Origin: Cycas panzhihuaensis
Taxonomy: Eukaryota; Plantae; Cycadophyta
Assembly: GCA_023213395.1 (NCBI GenBank)
Contig: CM041465.1
Coordinates: 174,909,741-174,973,740, forward strand
Direction of reading: 5' to 3'
Length of the DNA: 64,000 bases
Under the pieces are notes generated by a model. The model was not told where the DNA came from. It made no database searches and worked only from the letters and a program-made list of their open reading frames with translations. Position numbers and translations under genes: made by a program. Shown here piece by piece: positions 13,458-25,663 of the stretch. Every line of letters begins with the position of its first letter. Within the stretch, counting starts at the first letter, position 1.

Positions 13458-14592
13458 TCAACAAAACTCAAAAATCAAAATTTGGGTATCCCTCCCCACT
13501 TCTGTCTCAAGGCGACTCCTGCCTCGGTCCTCTAAAATTTCCTCGTTGATGCGTATCGTGGTGGCAATAATGGCATCCTTCTCCTTTATTTTTTCCTGAA
13601 GGGCCGCTATCTCTGCTTTGTACCCTGCCTTCAAGTCCTGAATCATCTGAATGATAGGTCTCACTTTATCCTGCGGTGTAGGAGGTGCTGAGGGTTCTCC
13701 AACCTCTGCTGCTGCTGGGAAGTCTTCCCATTCTTCCCAGGATGCTTCTGCTTCTTCCTCCTCTTCTTCTTCTGTTTCCTCCTCCCTTTCTTCCTCTTCC
13801 ATGACGATGAACAACTTGCTTCGTCCGATGAGGAATAGGAGTTCCTGGTGTTTTTTGTAACCAGGTAAGTACCTTTTGCATTTGCTTTTGAACTCGCCGT
13901 TTGGCTTCCATACTCGTTGTTGTATCGGGGAACTCTGCTACCCATTGTTTGATGATTGGTTCCCGAGGAGAGATGGTAGTTCTGGTCAACTGAACTTCCA
14001 GACACTGATAAAATAACATTGCCAAAAGTAATGAAGGATGGCGGAATGGATGTGTCCGGATTTCCTGTAACTGTTGCCTCATATTCTCTGCCAAAAATTC
14101 TGACCAATTCATTCTTTCTCCATCCCTAAGTTTTAATAATACCTGCATCATGCCTCCCTGGATGTAGGTATACTTCCTCTTCGACAGAAATATGGAGTTA
14201 ATAACTTTGGCCACCCACTGAAGTCTGCCGTCCATAATGTCAGCTACCCTGATTCCACCTGACATAATTTGAGTGTTAGGCTGGCATAATTCCCTCAACC
14301 ACATTTCCCTGTTTACCTCCAACCTTTTTGCTCCCAATGGAACCTCTCCGTCCTTGGGAAGTCCAGTAATGGTATGGACTATGTCGGCGTCCATTTTGAC
14401 TTTCCTGCTGTCTGTTTTTAGGGCCATGAGGATTTGGTCCATTAATTCCGGGTCATAATACATAGGGTTACAATAAATATAGTCTTTCCAGCCTGCCTGC
14501 TTCACCTTAGCCTGAAATGCAGCTGGTAGAGCTTGGAGGTCCTGTTTGAGTTTGGGAATGTAGGCCTCTTGGCACCCTGCTGTCCTCATCAT
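13458..14592 (-). pseudogene. Extra 3' sense ORF of the Gypsy element (plant-mobile-domain/Athila-ORF-like N-terminus, acidic and coiled-coil C-terminus); one apparent frameshift
   Basis: gccATG at 14592 opens MMRTAG...ITGLPKDG...MNWSEFLAEN. Switches frame around 13810-13860 into the E-rich/coiled-coil ORF ending at 13458. Confidence 0.7.
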
Positions 14593-14811
14593 GGCTGTGG
14601 ATTTCCAAAGGTAAGAAAGAAACCAAAGCGTACCAGTAGAACCGCACGTACGTACCTCTGTAAAACGCTTGTCGTTTCTACATTTCTTGCTTGTGATGCA
14701 TACCCGAGCAAATCCTTGCGTGCCGTAGTCCGTTCCGGTCTGCGTACCGCACGGGAATGTTCGCAGGTACGTAATGATTTGTCGTTTTGTGTATTTTGTC
14801 TTATACGTGCC

Positions 14812-15135
14812 CTTGGTACGTATAATGTTAAAGGTTTTCATTATACGTACTCGATTGCGTACTTGGTTGGTGCGTATAATGTAACCGATCACTTGAGTAT
14901 CCTTTACACGGTCGTGCACGATTCGTGCCGTTGGTGCGTATAATGTAAAATCTTAACTTACGCTCCTTTGCACCGCGTGCACATGCGTGCTTTTCGTGCA
15001 CGTATAATGTAATTGAGCCACTTAAAGTTATTTATACTATGCGTGCACTGGCGTGCTTTTCGAATGCGTATAGTGTAATTCGGTCACTTTTAAACTATCG
15101 TGCTTTATTGAATTCCTTTAGTGCGTATAGTGCAT
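14812..15135. repeat. Degenerate tandem array, six copies of a CGTATA(A/G)TG core at 54-66 nt spacing
   Basis: Cores at about 14819, 14873, 14937, 15001, 15067 and 15124, most units with CGTGCAC/CGTGC. Confidence 0.8.
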
Positions 15136-15429
15136 TTTCACTTTATCATTTGTTCCAGCTATGCGTGCACAGTAACACACCTTTTTGATGCGTACCTGTA
15201 ATTCTTGTATCTTAGATGAATTTTCCTCTGATTTTTCTCAGATGATGCTACTGTTACTTATATCAGTAATGAGTTACGGTTATTTTTTTATTTTTTTCAA
15301 TTTTTTTTTTCAATTTTTGTATCCATATCGAACTGGATCATGGCTCGGTATCAAGGCAGTTGGTTGCCTCAACATCATGCAATACGATATGGTACAACCA
15401 GCTGATCCTACTGGTAAGCTGGGCTACTC

Positions 15430-18400
15430 AATGTAAGGCTTGAGTCGGCTACCATTTACCCGTGTTGGTAGCAGAGGTCCGTCGATCTCTCGAAGCTGCA
15501 TCGATCCATTCTCGAAAATTCTTTCCGCGATGTATGGTCCCAACCACCGCATCTTGAGTTTCCCGGGGTGCGTTTTGAACTTCTTTGTAAATACTGCAAT
15601 ACTTGATCACCTTCGTTGAATTGTGGTTTCTGTAGATGACGGTCATGCCATACTTTCTGTCGCCGCTTTTCTATATGTTGCAACCAGTTTGCTAGGTGTC
15701 GTTTCTCTTCCAACCGTATTAAATCTTCCAGTCGTCATTCCAAGGACTGGAGGTCGTCTAATCGACATTGTATTGCCACTCGTAAGCTGGGTATCTCGAA
15801 CTCGGTCGGAAGAATGGCTTCCGTGCCATATACAAGCTGGAATGGGGTCTGTCCAACTGATCTTTTGTATGTCGTACGAAAGGCCCATAGTACGGAGGGT
15901 AACTTCTCAGCCCAATCCGATCTGCCAATGTCGCATATCTTTCGCAAGCAGTTTTCGATTATCTTGTTCGAGCTCTCCGCTTGACCATTGGCTCTCGGAT
16001 AGTAGGGAGTTGATTTCCGATGGCTAATCATGAAGGCAGTTGTCAATGTTTCAATCGTTTGGTTGAGGAAGTGGGCACCTTGGTCACTGACGATTTCCAA
16101 AGGGCATCCAAATCGCGTGATTATCACCTCATACAGAAATCTTGCTGTGCTTTCTGCATCGGCTTTCCTCAATGCGCGTGCTTCCACCCACTTTGTCGTA
16201 TAATCGGTTGCCACCAGAATGTATCGAGCTTTCGATCTTGACTGCTTGGTTTGATTGGCCCCACAAAGTCGAGTCCCCATCTTTCGAACGGTGCCAAAGG
16301 TAGTATGGGATGCAACGGGTGGAAATCCTATCGATTAGGTTTCCCCACGCGTTGGCAATAATCGCATACTTGAACCCATTTTTTGACATCTTCGAACATT
16401 GATGGCCACCAGAATCCCGATGTCAAGATTTTTCACCATGTGGCCAATTTTCCCATATGGCCACCCGCTACTCCTTCATGTGCCTGAGACATGATCTGGT
16501 TTGTCTCATGCTGTCGAACACAACGTCGCAATATGTCATCCGGCCCCAATTTGTACAACTCACCACTGATAAGCTGATATGGCTCCACTTTTTTGATGAA
16601 ATTTCTTTTTCCCGTACGATCAAACTCTGCTGGCACTTCACTGGTCGCTAGGTACTCTGGTATTCCCTCATACCCGATCTGCTTTGAGCGCATCTATCTT
16701 TGAATAGAGCTATGTCTGGAAAATCATCTGGTATCCCTGTGGCTTTCTCTCCGTTTTTTATTCTCGACAGTTGATCTGGAATAATGTGTGCTTTGTCGGG
16801 TTTCACAATAATTTTGAATGAGAATTCTTGAAACAACATTAACTATCTGCTGATTCTTCCTCGCATAATGGGTTTATTTACTAGATACATCAAGGCTTGG
16901 TGGTCGACGAAAAACAGGAATGGATTGGATAACAGATAATGTCGAAACTTTTGTAATGCATAAACCATGCCGAGTGCTTCCCTTTCCGTCATCGTATAAT
17001 TCTGCTCAGTTCTCGTAAGTTTCCGACTGGCAAAATAGATTGGATGATCCGTTTTATCATCGCTGGGTTGTGCCAATACGCATCCAATAGCGTATTGCGA
17101 CGCATCCACATGCACGTGAAAAGTTTTCTTCCAATCTGGGAATCGCAGTATAGGCACTGCTACAATGGCCTGTTTTAATATTTCGAATGCTCGTTGTTGA
17201 TCGTCTGTCCATATCCATTCAATATTCTTTTTGAGCAACTCTTCCAGAGGCCCAGATATATATGCATATCCTCTGATGAATTTTCTATAATATCCTGTCA
17301 AACCTAAAAAACCTTTTAGCTGTTTCCTCGTACTCGGTGTCGGAAAGTGTAGAATGGCAAACACTTTTGCTGGATCTGTCAGCAACCCTTCTTTGCTGAC
17401 TATATGCCCTAGGAGGTTTCCAAAGGGTACCAGAAATGTACACTTTTCTGGATTGAGACACAGTTTATTTTCCCGACAGGTTTGCAACATTTCTCTCAAG
17501 TTTTCCATATGGTTTTTCATTAATCCATACAATGTCCAATCGTCTAAGAATACAACAACTTTTTCTCCAATAAATTTTCAAAAAATATTAATCACAATTA
17601 TTTGAAATATCATTTGGTGCATTAAAGACCGAATGGCATTACCTTATAGGCATATGTACCCCATTACATTACGAATGTTGTCTTTGCACGATCTTAAAGG
17701 CGACACGCACTTGATTGTACCCATGAATCCGTGCGTGAATGAATAGATTTCATTCCCTCAAGCGCTTCAAAATATCTTCCGTGAAAGGTAACAGAAATGG
17801 ATATTTTTTCGTCACTTTATTCAATTGTCTATAATCCACACAGACACGAATTTTCCCATTTTTCTTGGGAACCACTACTACAGGGCTCACCCGATCCTTT
17901 GTAGTCGATTTAAATATATATAACCGGCTTCCAACATTTTATCAAGTTTTGCTTTTACTTTTTCTTTGTATTTTGGATTCATCCGGTATGGTCGTTGTTT
18001 TACCGGTTTAGCGTCCTCTACTAGGTCAATATGATGCATTCCTATCTCCGGAGGAATACCTTTCAAGTCTTTATACGACCACGCGAACACATCACGGAAT
18101 TCTTCAAATAATTGTTGAGCTTTTGCTACCGTTTGGGAATCCCAATAGTTCCCAATTCGAATAAACTTAGGATTTCCTGAACTACCAACATTAATTTCTG
18201 TTGTTTTCAACTTCGTTATACCCACATCTTCTACATTTTCAGTTTTGTGCCCTAGGGCATCTTCTACTTTTCTTTCTCCAACGGTGAATTCTGTAAACTC
18301 TGCAGGATAATTCATGATTTCTTCTTCTTCACTATGTATAGATTCTATGGTTTCCTGATCTATTAAATGCTGTTCTAGTTTTATGCTCATTATTCTGATG

Positions 18401-21400
18401 TGTTTCAGGATTTTGTTTATTTCTTGGTTTTCTAAAGTATGCCTAAAGGTTTTTATAAAAGATTCCTTTAGGTTTCCCCAAGTTATATCTAGGTTTTGCT
18501 CCTTTCCCAGGAACCAATCTTTTGCTACTCTCCCCAAGGTGTGGTAGAAATAGTTAGACCAATTCCGTTTAGGTATACTCAAGGATCTCCAATTTTGTTT
18601 ACACACCTGTATGTGTTTTCTAGGGTTATGACCTACGTAGAATATTGGAATAGTTAGTTGGTTTGGATGATCGAATCGTATTCGAAACATCGTTTGCAAA
18701 TCTTGCCAATTCCTAAGAGTATGTTGGTGAGCTAAGTACCAGTACCAAGCTCTCCCTCGCAGGGTTCGGATTAAGTCTTGCAGCCATTGGGTTTTATCCC
18801 AATTTCACGATCTATCAATACTCAACGCGATTGTGTTAAATGGGTAGTCCCATATAAGTTCCCCATAGAATGGTTTAATGTAATCCCCAATATAGATTTG
18901 TGATTTGTTTTTCCGAATAGTGATTTTACTTCCAGACTAGACTCGCTAGAAGTACTTACCAGCAATCCTCCTTCCATTTTCCCAGTTTTGGCGCCAATGG
19001 TTGGAAGAGATTTATGGCTGGGTGGGTGTACCTCTAAGGAAGAAGAGGAAGGGATATTACTTCCTTCCTCAGGTTGTAATAAGGGGGGGGGGTAGGGAAT
19101 CTACCTCAGGACCCACGCCTGAAGTAGATGGGGTGTCAGGGTTACTATTAACTACAAAAAAACTACGAAAATTACTAGGTAAGCTAGGGGTTGGTAGGTC
19201 TAGGTTGTTACCAATTTCCAATTGATCGTTAGTCAGCATATATTCAAAAGAATTTAAATTATTATCAATGTTTACAGATACACATTTAGATAACAAATTA
19301 CATCTGTGAGAAGAAGAGTTTACTTCATATGCATCTTGAAGCCAGTAATCCGTGAACCTCATACCGTGTTCGTCATCCGAAGAGTTATATATTTCTTCGA
19401 GATCCACTGGTTCTTCACGCTGGTGGTTATTCGATATGGTGGGTTCTTCTGCCATGTGGAAGATATGTTCTTCCCCAATGGAAGAAAATGTCGTGTAAAC
19501 GCTTGTTAGTGGTCTTTGGATCCTTCATGGAATTACTTCAATCGAACTTCTTCCCGGCATTGGTAGTACCACTTTGTTGTTGTTGTCTGATAGAGTGAAG
19601 GTTACCTTTTCCCAGTGCGAAGGCATTGTGTTTTGTATAGCTGTGGCCTTCCTAGTAGTCTTGGGTAGGGTGTGGCTCCTTTCTCCGTTTCCACAATTGT
19701 GAAGTCAATTCTTACCACTATCCACCTTGCGTCTACTTTGATATTGGCCAATCTGCCCATGGGTCGTACCAATAGTTCATTAGCCAACTTCAGCGAATAA
19801 GTCGTTGCTTCCAACTTCGGGCTTCCTAATTTACGCCATGTTGCAGCTGGTAACACATTCTTCTTTGCGCCTCCATCCACAATTACTCGTGGGAATGTTT
19901 CTCCCAAGACTGACACGGTTACCATTGGATCCATGTCAAACGATGGTATAATTTGTTTCAAACTCTTAGTAATTCCTTTCTGTAACACTCCTCCTTTGAT
20001 CCAATCAATAACTTGAGACAGAGGAATAGTTAACTGTAACTGTTTCACTAAATTTTCCATCAATAGCAACATTACAGGAATATCTTACATTGGTAATCCT
20101 TTAAACAACTCATCCATTTACACCATTTGGGGTTTTGTCGTGAATTCTTAGGTAGTTTTTCTTGCTCTTTTTGTTTATTTTTTTGAACATAAACATATTT
20201 TGTTTCCGGTTTACCCATTGGTAGTATATTCTCCTCCTGGACTAAACCATCTAACACTTGTTTACTTTGTTTGTACCGATCCATTTACATTGGTGGATTT
20301 GGATATCCTTCATCCAATTTCTCTTTCTGTTTGTTACGTAATTTCACATTCTTGGTTTACACGATTGTCATCAGGTTAGTTGCTTTGGCTTTACCCTTAC
20401 AATCCTCTGTTTTGTGGTCGCTTGGGCCCGCGATTCTCTGCTCTGACGGCTTACATTCGTATTCCTACTTCATTGGGCATTCGACTTCCAATGCGAACTA
20501 TAAACCAGATGAGGCATCTCCCCATTGGTGTTTCTTCCTCGAGGGTTACGGTGTGCCCTCGTTGTATACACATTCAGGGTGGGTTGCCTCCTTCCCAGCC
20601 TCGTTCTCTGAATGCCTTTCCCACAGGATTGTAAAACAATCCCTAGTTGTATGTGTCAACTTCACATATATGGCACCACTTCTCCATTGGTGCGTCGCCT
20701 TGTTTTTAAATTCAAATCACATTCCGGGTGGTATGTGAGTTTTCCTCCAGATGTGGCACCACTTGGTTACCCTTCCAGTGTGCTCTTTTTTCTTGGGCGT
20801 CTCTTCTTCTTCCAGGTTATTTCTGATTTTCAATCTTGCTACCTCTTTTCTTAGTGCCTCAATTCCGATTCCTCTTACGCTACCCCTACACGGCGGAAGG
20901 GTCGGTTCTGTATTAGTTTTGTTTGACTCTCTAATCTCATCTTGTAATCTTAACGACAAGGAATCTTGTCCTCCACCTTGGCGTCCATTTTCATCTCAAA
21001 ATCTAATGCGGATCACGAGCATTCTTAAATGACTTTAACGGATGAGCATGCATCATGGCTCGCAACTTTTCATTCGACCCTCTTACGAGTAATTCTTCAT
21101 ATTATGATCCGTTATTGTCTCATTGATCATGCTCATTTTAATAATCTTCATTCGGCTAATGTAAGTTAGGACGGATTCCCGACCTCTGCACGATTTCTCG
21201 TGTCGATTTCCATGGCTTCATTCTTTGCGAAACTTTTGGAATCTTTCTTCAAGCGCTTTACGAATCTTCACCCATGGCTCATTCTTGTTTGTTTCCTTAT
21301 ACCATGCCAAGGGTACTCCTCTCAACGTCTGGTGACGTGCTTTGATTTCATCTTAAATGCGTAATCTTTTGACATCAATGAGGCTCTGAAATAGATACAC

Positions 21401-21860
21401 ATGCTCTGTTGCGTCCGAAGTATCATTAAAGATTAGTTTCCCAAAGTCTCTATAATCATCCATTTTGGGAGATTGCAAGCTGTCCCCCACGATGGTGATC
21501 TTTCCTTCCTCCCTCCTTTGGGGATGCCTTTGGGAGTAACTACATTGTATTCTCTTTCCCAAAAGCGGATTTTTAAATGGAGTTTTATGTGTATAGGTTC
21601 CACTACACGGAACTTGTATAGTCAATGGTGTTACCATAATGTAAGATTGATCGGATCCCCTTTACGCCGAATCTTCAAAAAGCATCTCGTTAGCTTGTTC
21701 TCCCAATATCTTGGGGACCTTCCTCCGCCTTCTTATCGCTATCACCTAGGTCCTTGGTGTCCTCCTTTGGTATACTTCCCTCTGTTAGGATCTCTTTATG
21801 TTTTCATTCACTTTTGGCTTCCCTTCAATCTCGGGCTAAACAAATCATCTCGATAGTGGT
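15430..21860 (-). pseudogene. Gypsy gag-PR-(capsid-like x2)-RT-RH-INT polyprotein, frameshifted
   Basis: Gag fragments 21637-20300, protease VIVDGGA 19602-20072, 17887-18699, RT/RH 16843-17880, INT 15450-16690. Outer bounds approximate. Confidence 0.92.
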
Positions 21861-22210
21861 GTCAATACCATCGTTCGCCATGGGTTTCCTCTTCTGAGGT
21901 GTCTAGGCTCCACTTGCCTCGGATCCTTCAACGTGTCCCTTAGTCTCGTTGTTTTGCGAACTTAGTCTCCTCGCCCTTACGAGTTTTGCTTCTTTTGACC
22001 ATCTTAGTGCCCTTTGTCTGCTAGTTTCCTTTTCCTTGGGTGAAGTATCTTTCTGGGGCTCTTGAGCCTTGAAGGCCTCTTAGGTGGCATTGGAAGGTCC
22101 CACACTGCCGGTGGCTTAGTTCTGACCCGCCATCACGGCGGCGGGGTCCTCTGCCTTTACACAATCTTCTCCCTGAAACCCCTAGGCCCTGTCCCTCCTC
22201 AACGTACGTA

Positions 22211-22223
22211 GGCAACGGAACCA
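22211..22223 (-). promoter_or_regulatory. Primer-binding site complementary to plant tRNA-Glu 3' end
   Basis: Minus strand TGGTTCCGTTGCC, 1 nt from the 5' LTR end. Complements ...GGCAACGGAACCA (tRNA sequence recalled from memory). Confidence 0.8.
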
Positions 22224-22224
22224 A

Positions 22225-23026
22225 TGTTGACTTATAGATTCCACCCCCTTGTGGAATCAATGCACTTGTCAAGGTTTACAGTGCTATAGTCTAGTTTCGG
22301 GATCATCAACATGGTCATTCACATACATTCCATATATAATTCACGAGAATGGTACAAGCGATGCAATCAATACATACTTCAGCAAATCATCACAACATCG
22401 AGCATACATCAATTTCCACGTAACTCTTCCTTTTATTAATTCAACAGTTCATTTACGGAGGTGGAATGCATTCACAGCGTTCCAAAGATCACGATCTTCT
22501 GTTACAATGCGTACCCAGATGGTACTTATCATACAGTGATACTCCAATCGGCCGTCATGCGTACTGTCTCCTGCACCCTGGCGTACCCGTGATATCCGGC
22601 TCTCACCCTAACCTGGTGAATCATGCGTACCTCCTTAAGTACTCATGTTGGTACCTTTTGGCTGAAGGGTTATGGTACTGTCATAACCGTACCCCTTCAG
22701 TCATGCGTACCCTTTCATTAATCACTTGTTAAGCACTTAATTAATTATTCCTTTGAGTCCGTACGTCCGTGCGTCGTCACCTTGACGGTCTTCCTTTGGT
22801 CCCACAGGGTCGTGCGTACCGCCGTTGCTTAGTTTCGTTCCGCCGCTGGTACGTTTCTATCATACGTACCCGTTCCAGGTACGCACCTGTCATACGTACC
22901 CATAATGCTTGTTTTTCTGCCATTTTGCCTTGTGCGTACCTCCGTACGGTCCGTACCTGCACAACTCGGATTATCTGACCTACCTCTGGTCCTCACACAG
23001 CCATTGGGTCACTTTTGACTCCAACA
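22225..23026 (-). repeat. 5' LTR of the Gypsy element
   Basis: Matches 12617-13418; adjacent to the PBS on one side and the TSD on the other. Confidence 0.95.
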
Positions 23027-23044
23027 GTTTTTCCATTTATATGC

Positions 23045-23058
23045 GTGTGTGTGTGTGT

Positions 23059-23111
<53 letters not shown>

Positions 23112-23116
23112 TGAGT
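23045..23116. repeat. Compound microsatellite (GT)n(GA)n
   Basis: Direct read. Confidence 0.95.
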
Positions 23117-25663
23117 GATTGTAATCACTACTTTGGAGATAACATAAGAGAATTTCTCCTTCATCAAACTCTTTGACGATCCATTGCATTTGGATAACGT
23201 TCTCTTGAGTATTAAGTCACAACGAATTACACATCACACTGTACAATTTATATACTCAATGGCCATATGGTTGTTGTGAGTACTACATCCACATGCCTTG
23301 TTTAGAACTTTATTTTCATAGCTAAATTCAGATTTATCAGAAATTGTTTTAAATAGTTCTAATATTTCATATCACATCATTTATCATCATCAGGGGGATT
23401 GTATAGCCTTTGTATATACTAAACTATACAATATTGTGTCCTCAACTATACCATAGGCCTAAAGCCCTCCTCTTAATTGTTTTCTTTCTAGAGTTTCATT
23501 TAAACCTAATTTAGGGCAATTTCAAACCAAAATATATAAGTACTAGATAAACTAGTTTGGGAACCCCTACTTGACTAGACTGCATACTTGTATAGACCTG
23601 CTAGCAACTGTACAATTGCAACAGAGCCATACAATCCGTACAATGACTTAAAGCATCATTTCTTCCTCTATAAAATGTTTCGTTTCGTGATTTTAGAGAT
23701 GACTTTTTGTTTAAGACTCTAACATAATTGTATAAGAGGAGGGAGAAATGCATAACAATATGAAAATATCATGTATTTCATAAACCAAATCTTGACGCTT
23801 ACCTTTCTTCTTGTGTGGATTTCGGTTGTACCTCCATTGATGGAGAGTCAATAATTGATGAAGTACTCGATGGAGGAACTTGGTTTGCCAATTGTTCTCC
23901 TTGTGTGTTAACTCTACTATTTATGGGATTGCATGGAAGAGGTCTTGTCTTAAGAGGTGCCTTGCTTAAGAAGCTTGCCTCTCCATTTACAAACAAGGAG
24001 TCACCTCTTGTGCACAATTCTTCATAATTGACTTTATGGTTTTGGGTTAGCTCTTTGGTGGGAGGTTCTTTTAAAACCTGTGCAACGCCTCCTTGAGGTT
24101 TTTAACCTTAACCACTGACTTTCTAATTAATGATTTTTAAGTTTCCTCTTTTAATTAACAAGGGTTTTTGACATTGAGGATTAATTTGAGGGTCAATTTC
24201 CCCTTTGTGATACTTGTCTTGGAACAAAATAGGACTTCTAAGTTTTGCTTATTTTTATGCTGTTTTTTTTTTTTTAACTAAATAAAAGATAAGCATTGCT
24301 TACTTTTATAATGAAGTTTAGTCCTAAACACAACCAAAATATTTTCTAATATGCCCAAAATATTTCTAGATATTGTTATTCAAGGCCCACAAGGCCAATA
24401 TGTGGTGTTGGATACAATGTCAAATTTAGCCCAATACAAGGTATAGTTAGGATACATATCCAAGAAGTGTCCGAGCATCAAATACATATCAAGCATGGGT
24501 ACCACAGCCATATATGGAGCATCTGATACCTTAGATGAAGAGCGTGACACATCTCTAATCCTCATAATTGATGAGAGAAGAGTGAGACCCTCCCAAACCC
24601 TTAAACAACCAGTGGTATCTGCCTTGGATCTCATAATAGACTTGGCAATGGAAAATAAAGTGCTCCTTCATCTTGAGCTCAATGATGTGAAGTTGGCATA
24701 TCCTAGAATCCTCGTCAATATAGTGCTCAGTCTCTACTGAAAGTTAATATGAACAGACTACGAACTGGCTCATCTCAGAATGTGAGTCATATGCAGATCA
24801 GTGTACCAAGGGGGAGGCAAAGCCTCCCTTTAATCACTGAGGTGTGATTAAAGTAAAAAGGCTTCTCCCTAGAGAGGGGACTGGAAGGGGCGACACAAGT
24901 GGTAAGGATTTACTCTCTATATATCTTGTCTTTGATGGCTGCATTGGAGAATATTCATGAGAAAATGTAGGCCAGATATGGACAGAGCATAAACCACGAA
25001 TTCCAATTTAGGTCACAACTGTGTGATGTACTTTTCACAGATTGGGACAAGGGCATATTTCTCCACACGATTTTGACATGAATATTCATATGTAGGAGAG
25101 TAGAGCACGCAGAAGTTTTATCAGATGGAAGCCCTGGGAAGTTACACAATCTGCTGGTGGCTGCCAAAAGTGTTCTATTAATCTGCATTGCGACTCTGAT
25201 AGAAAATCTGGCTTCTTTCCTCCATCATTGTAAGGCAATCCCATCACATTTTATGTCAAAATGCACGTGCAATTTATTCTTAGATAGTTGAAAAACTGCA
25301 ATAGTATTAAAAATAACATATGCTCTCCAATGTACAATTCAATTACAGAGAGAAATATTGTCAGTAAGATTCCTCCAGACAGAGAATGTTAAGTATTAAG
25401 AGCAAAGTTTAATATGATTTATTCTACATTTTATATATCAATATTGCTAATTCATATTGATTCCTTCATTAGTAAGATTTGGGCTATGTTGCCTAGGAGG
25501 ATACAATGAGTCGATAGCCAATCTCAGAATTCTCAAGCAGTAAGTATTTGCTAACTAGACAATTCTGAACTAACAGGGCATTTTTAACTGAATTGAGCTT
25601 TCTATAAACCACGAAGTAAATAAAAAACTAGACCTAAATATTTGAGAGAGTTCAGGTTCTGAC

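Larger units (their letters stand above)
12617..23026 (-). mobile_element. Structurally complete non-chromovirus Ty3/Gypsy element (Athila/Phygy-like) with extra 3' ORF
   Basis: Two 802-bp TG...CA LTRs, 5-bp TSD GTTTT (12612-12616 and 23027-23031), PBS, then gag, PR, RT (FLDD), RH (HVDASQYAIG, NYTMTEREAL) and INT (IVSDQGAHF, TPYYPRANGQAE). Confidence 0.96.

Noticed and set aside
13162-13535. Short ORFs in LTRs and antisense to TE genes (also 20271-20738, 22249-23118, 32747-33169 and others)
   Set aside because: Shadow or chance ORFs with no domain signal.
14812-15135. CRISPR-like repeat/spacer appearance
   Set aside because: Eukaryotic TE context, short degenerate cores, related spacers, no cas genes.
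18980-19000. TGGCGCC PBS-like motif inside the Gypsy element suggesting a chimera of two elements
   Set aside because: No second LTR or TSD is visible, and the flanks read as continuous coding linker between PR and the capsid-like domains.
24400-24900. Possible LINE ORF1 relic (YPRILVNIVLS)
   Set aside because: Only one weak motif; not supportable without a search.
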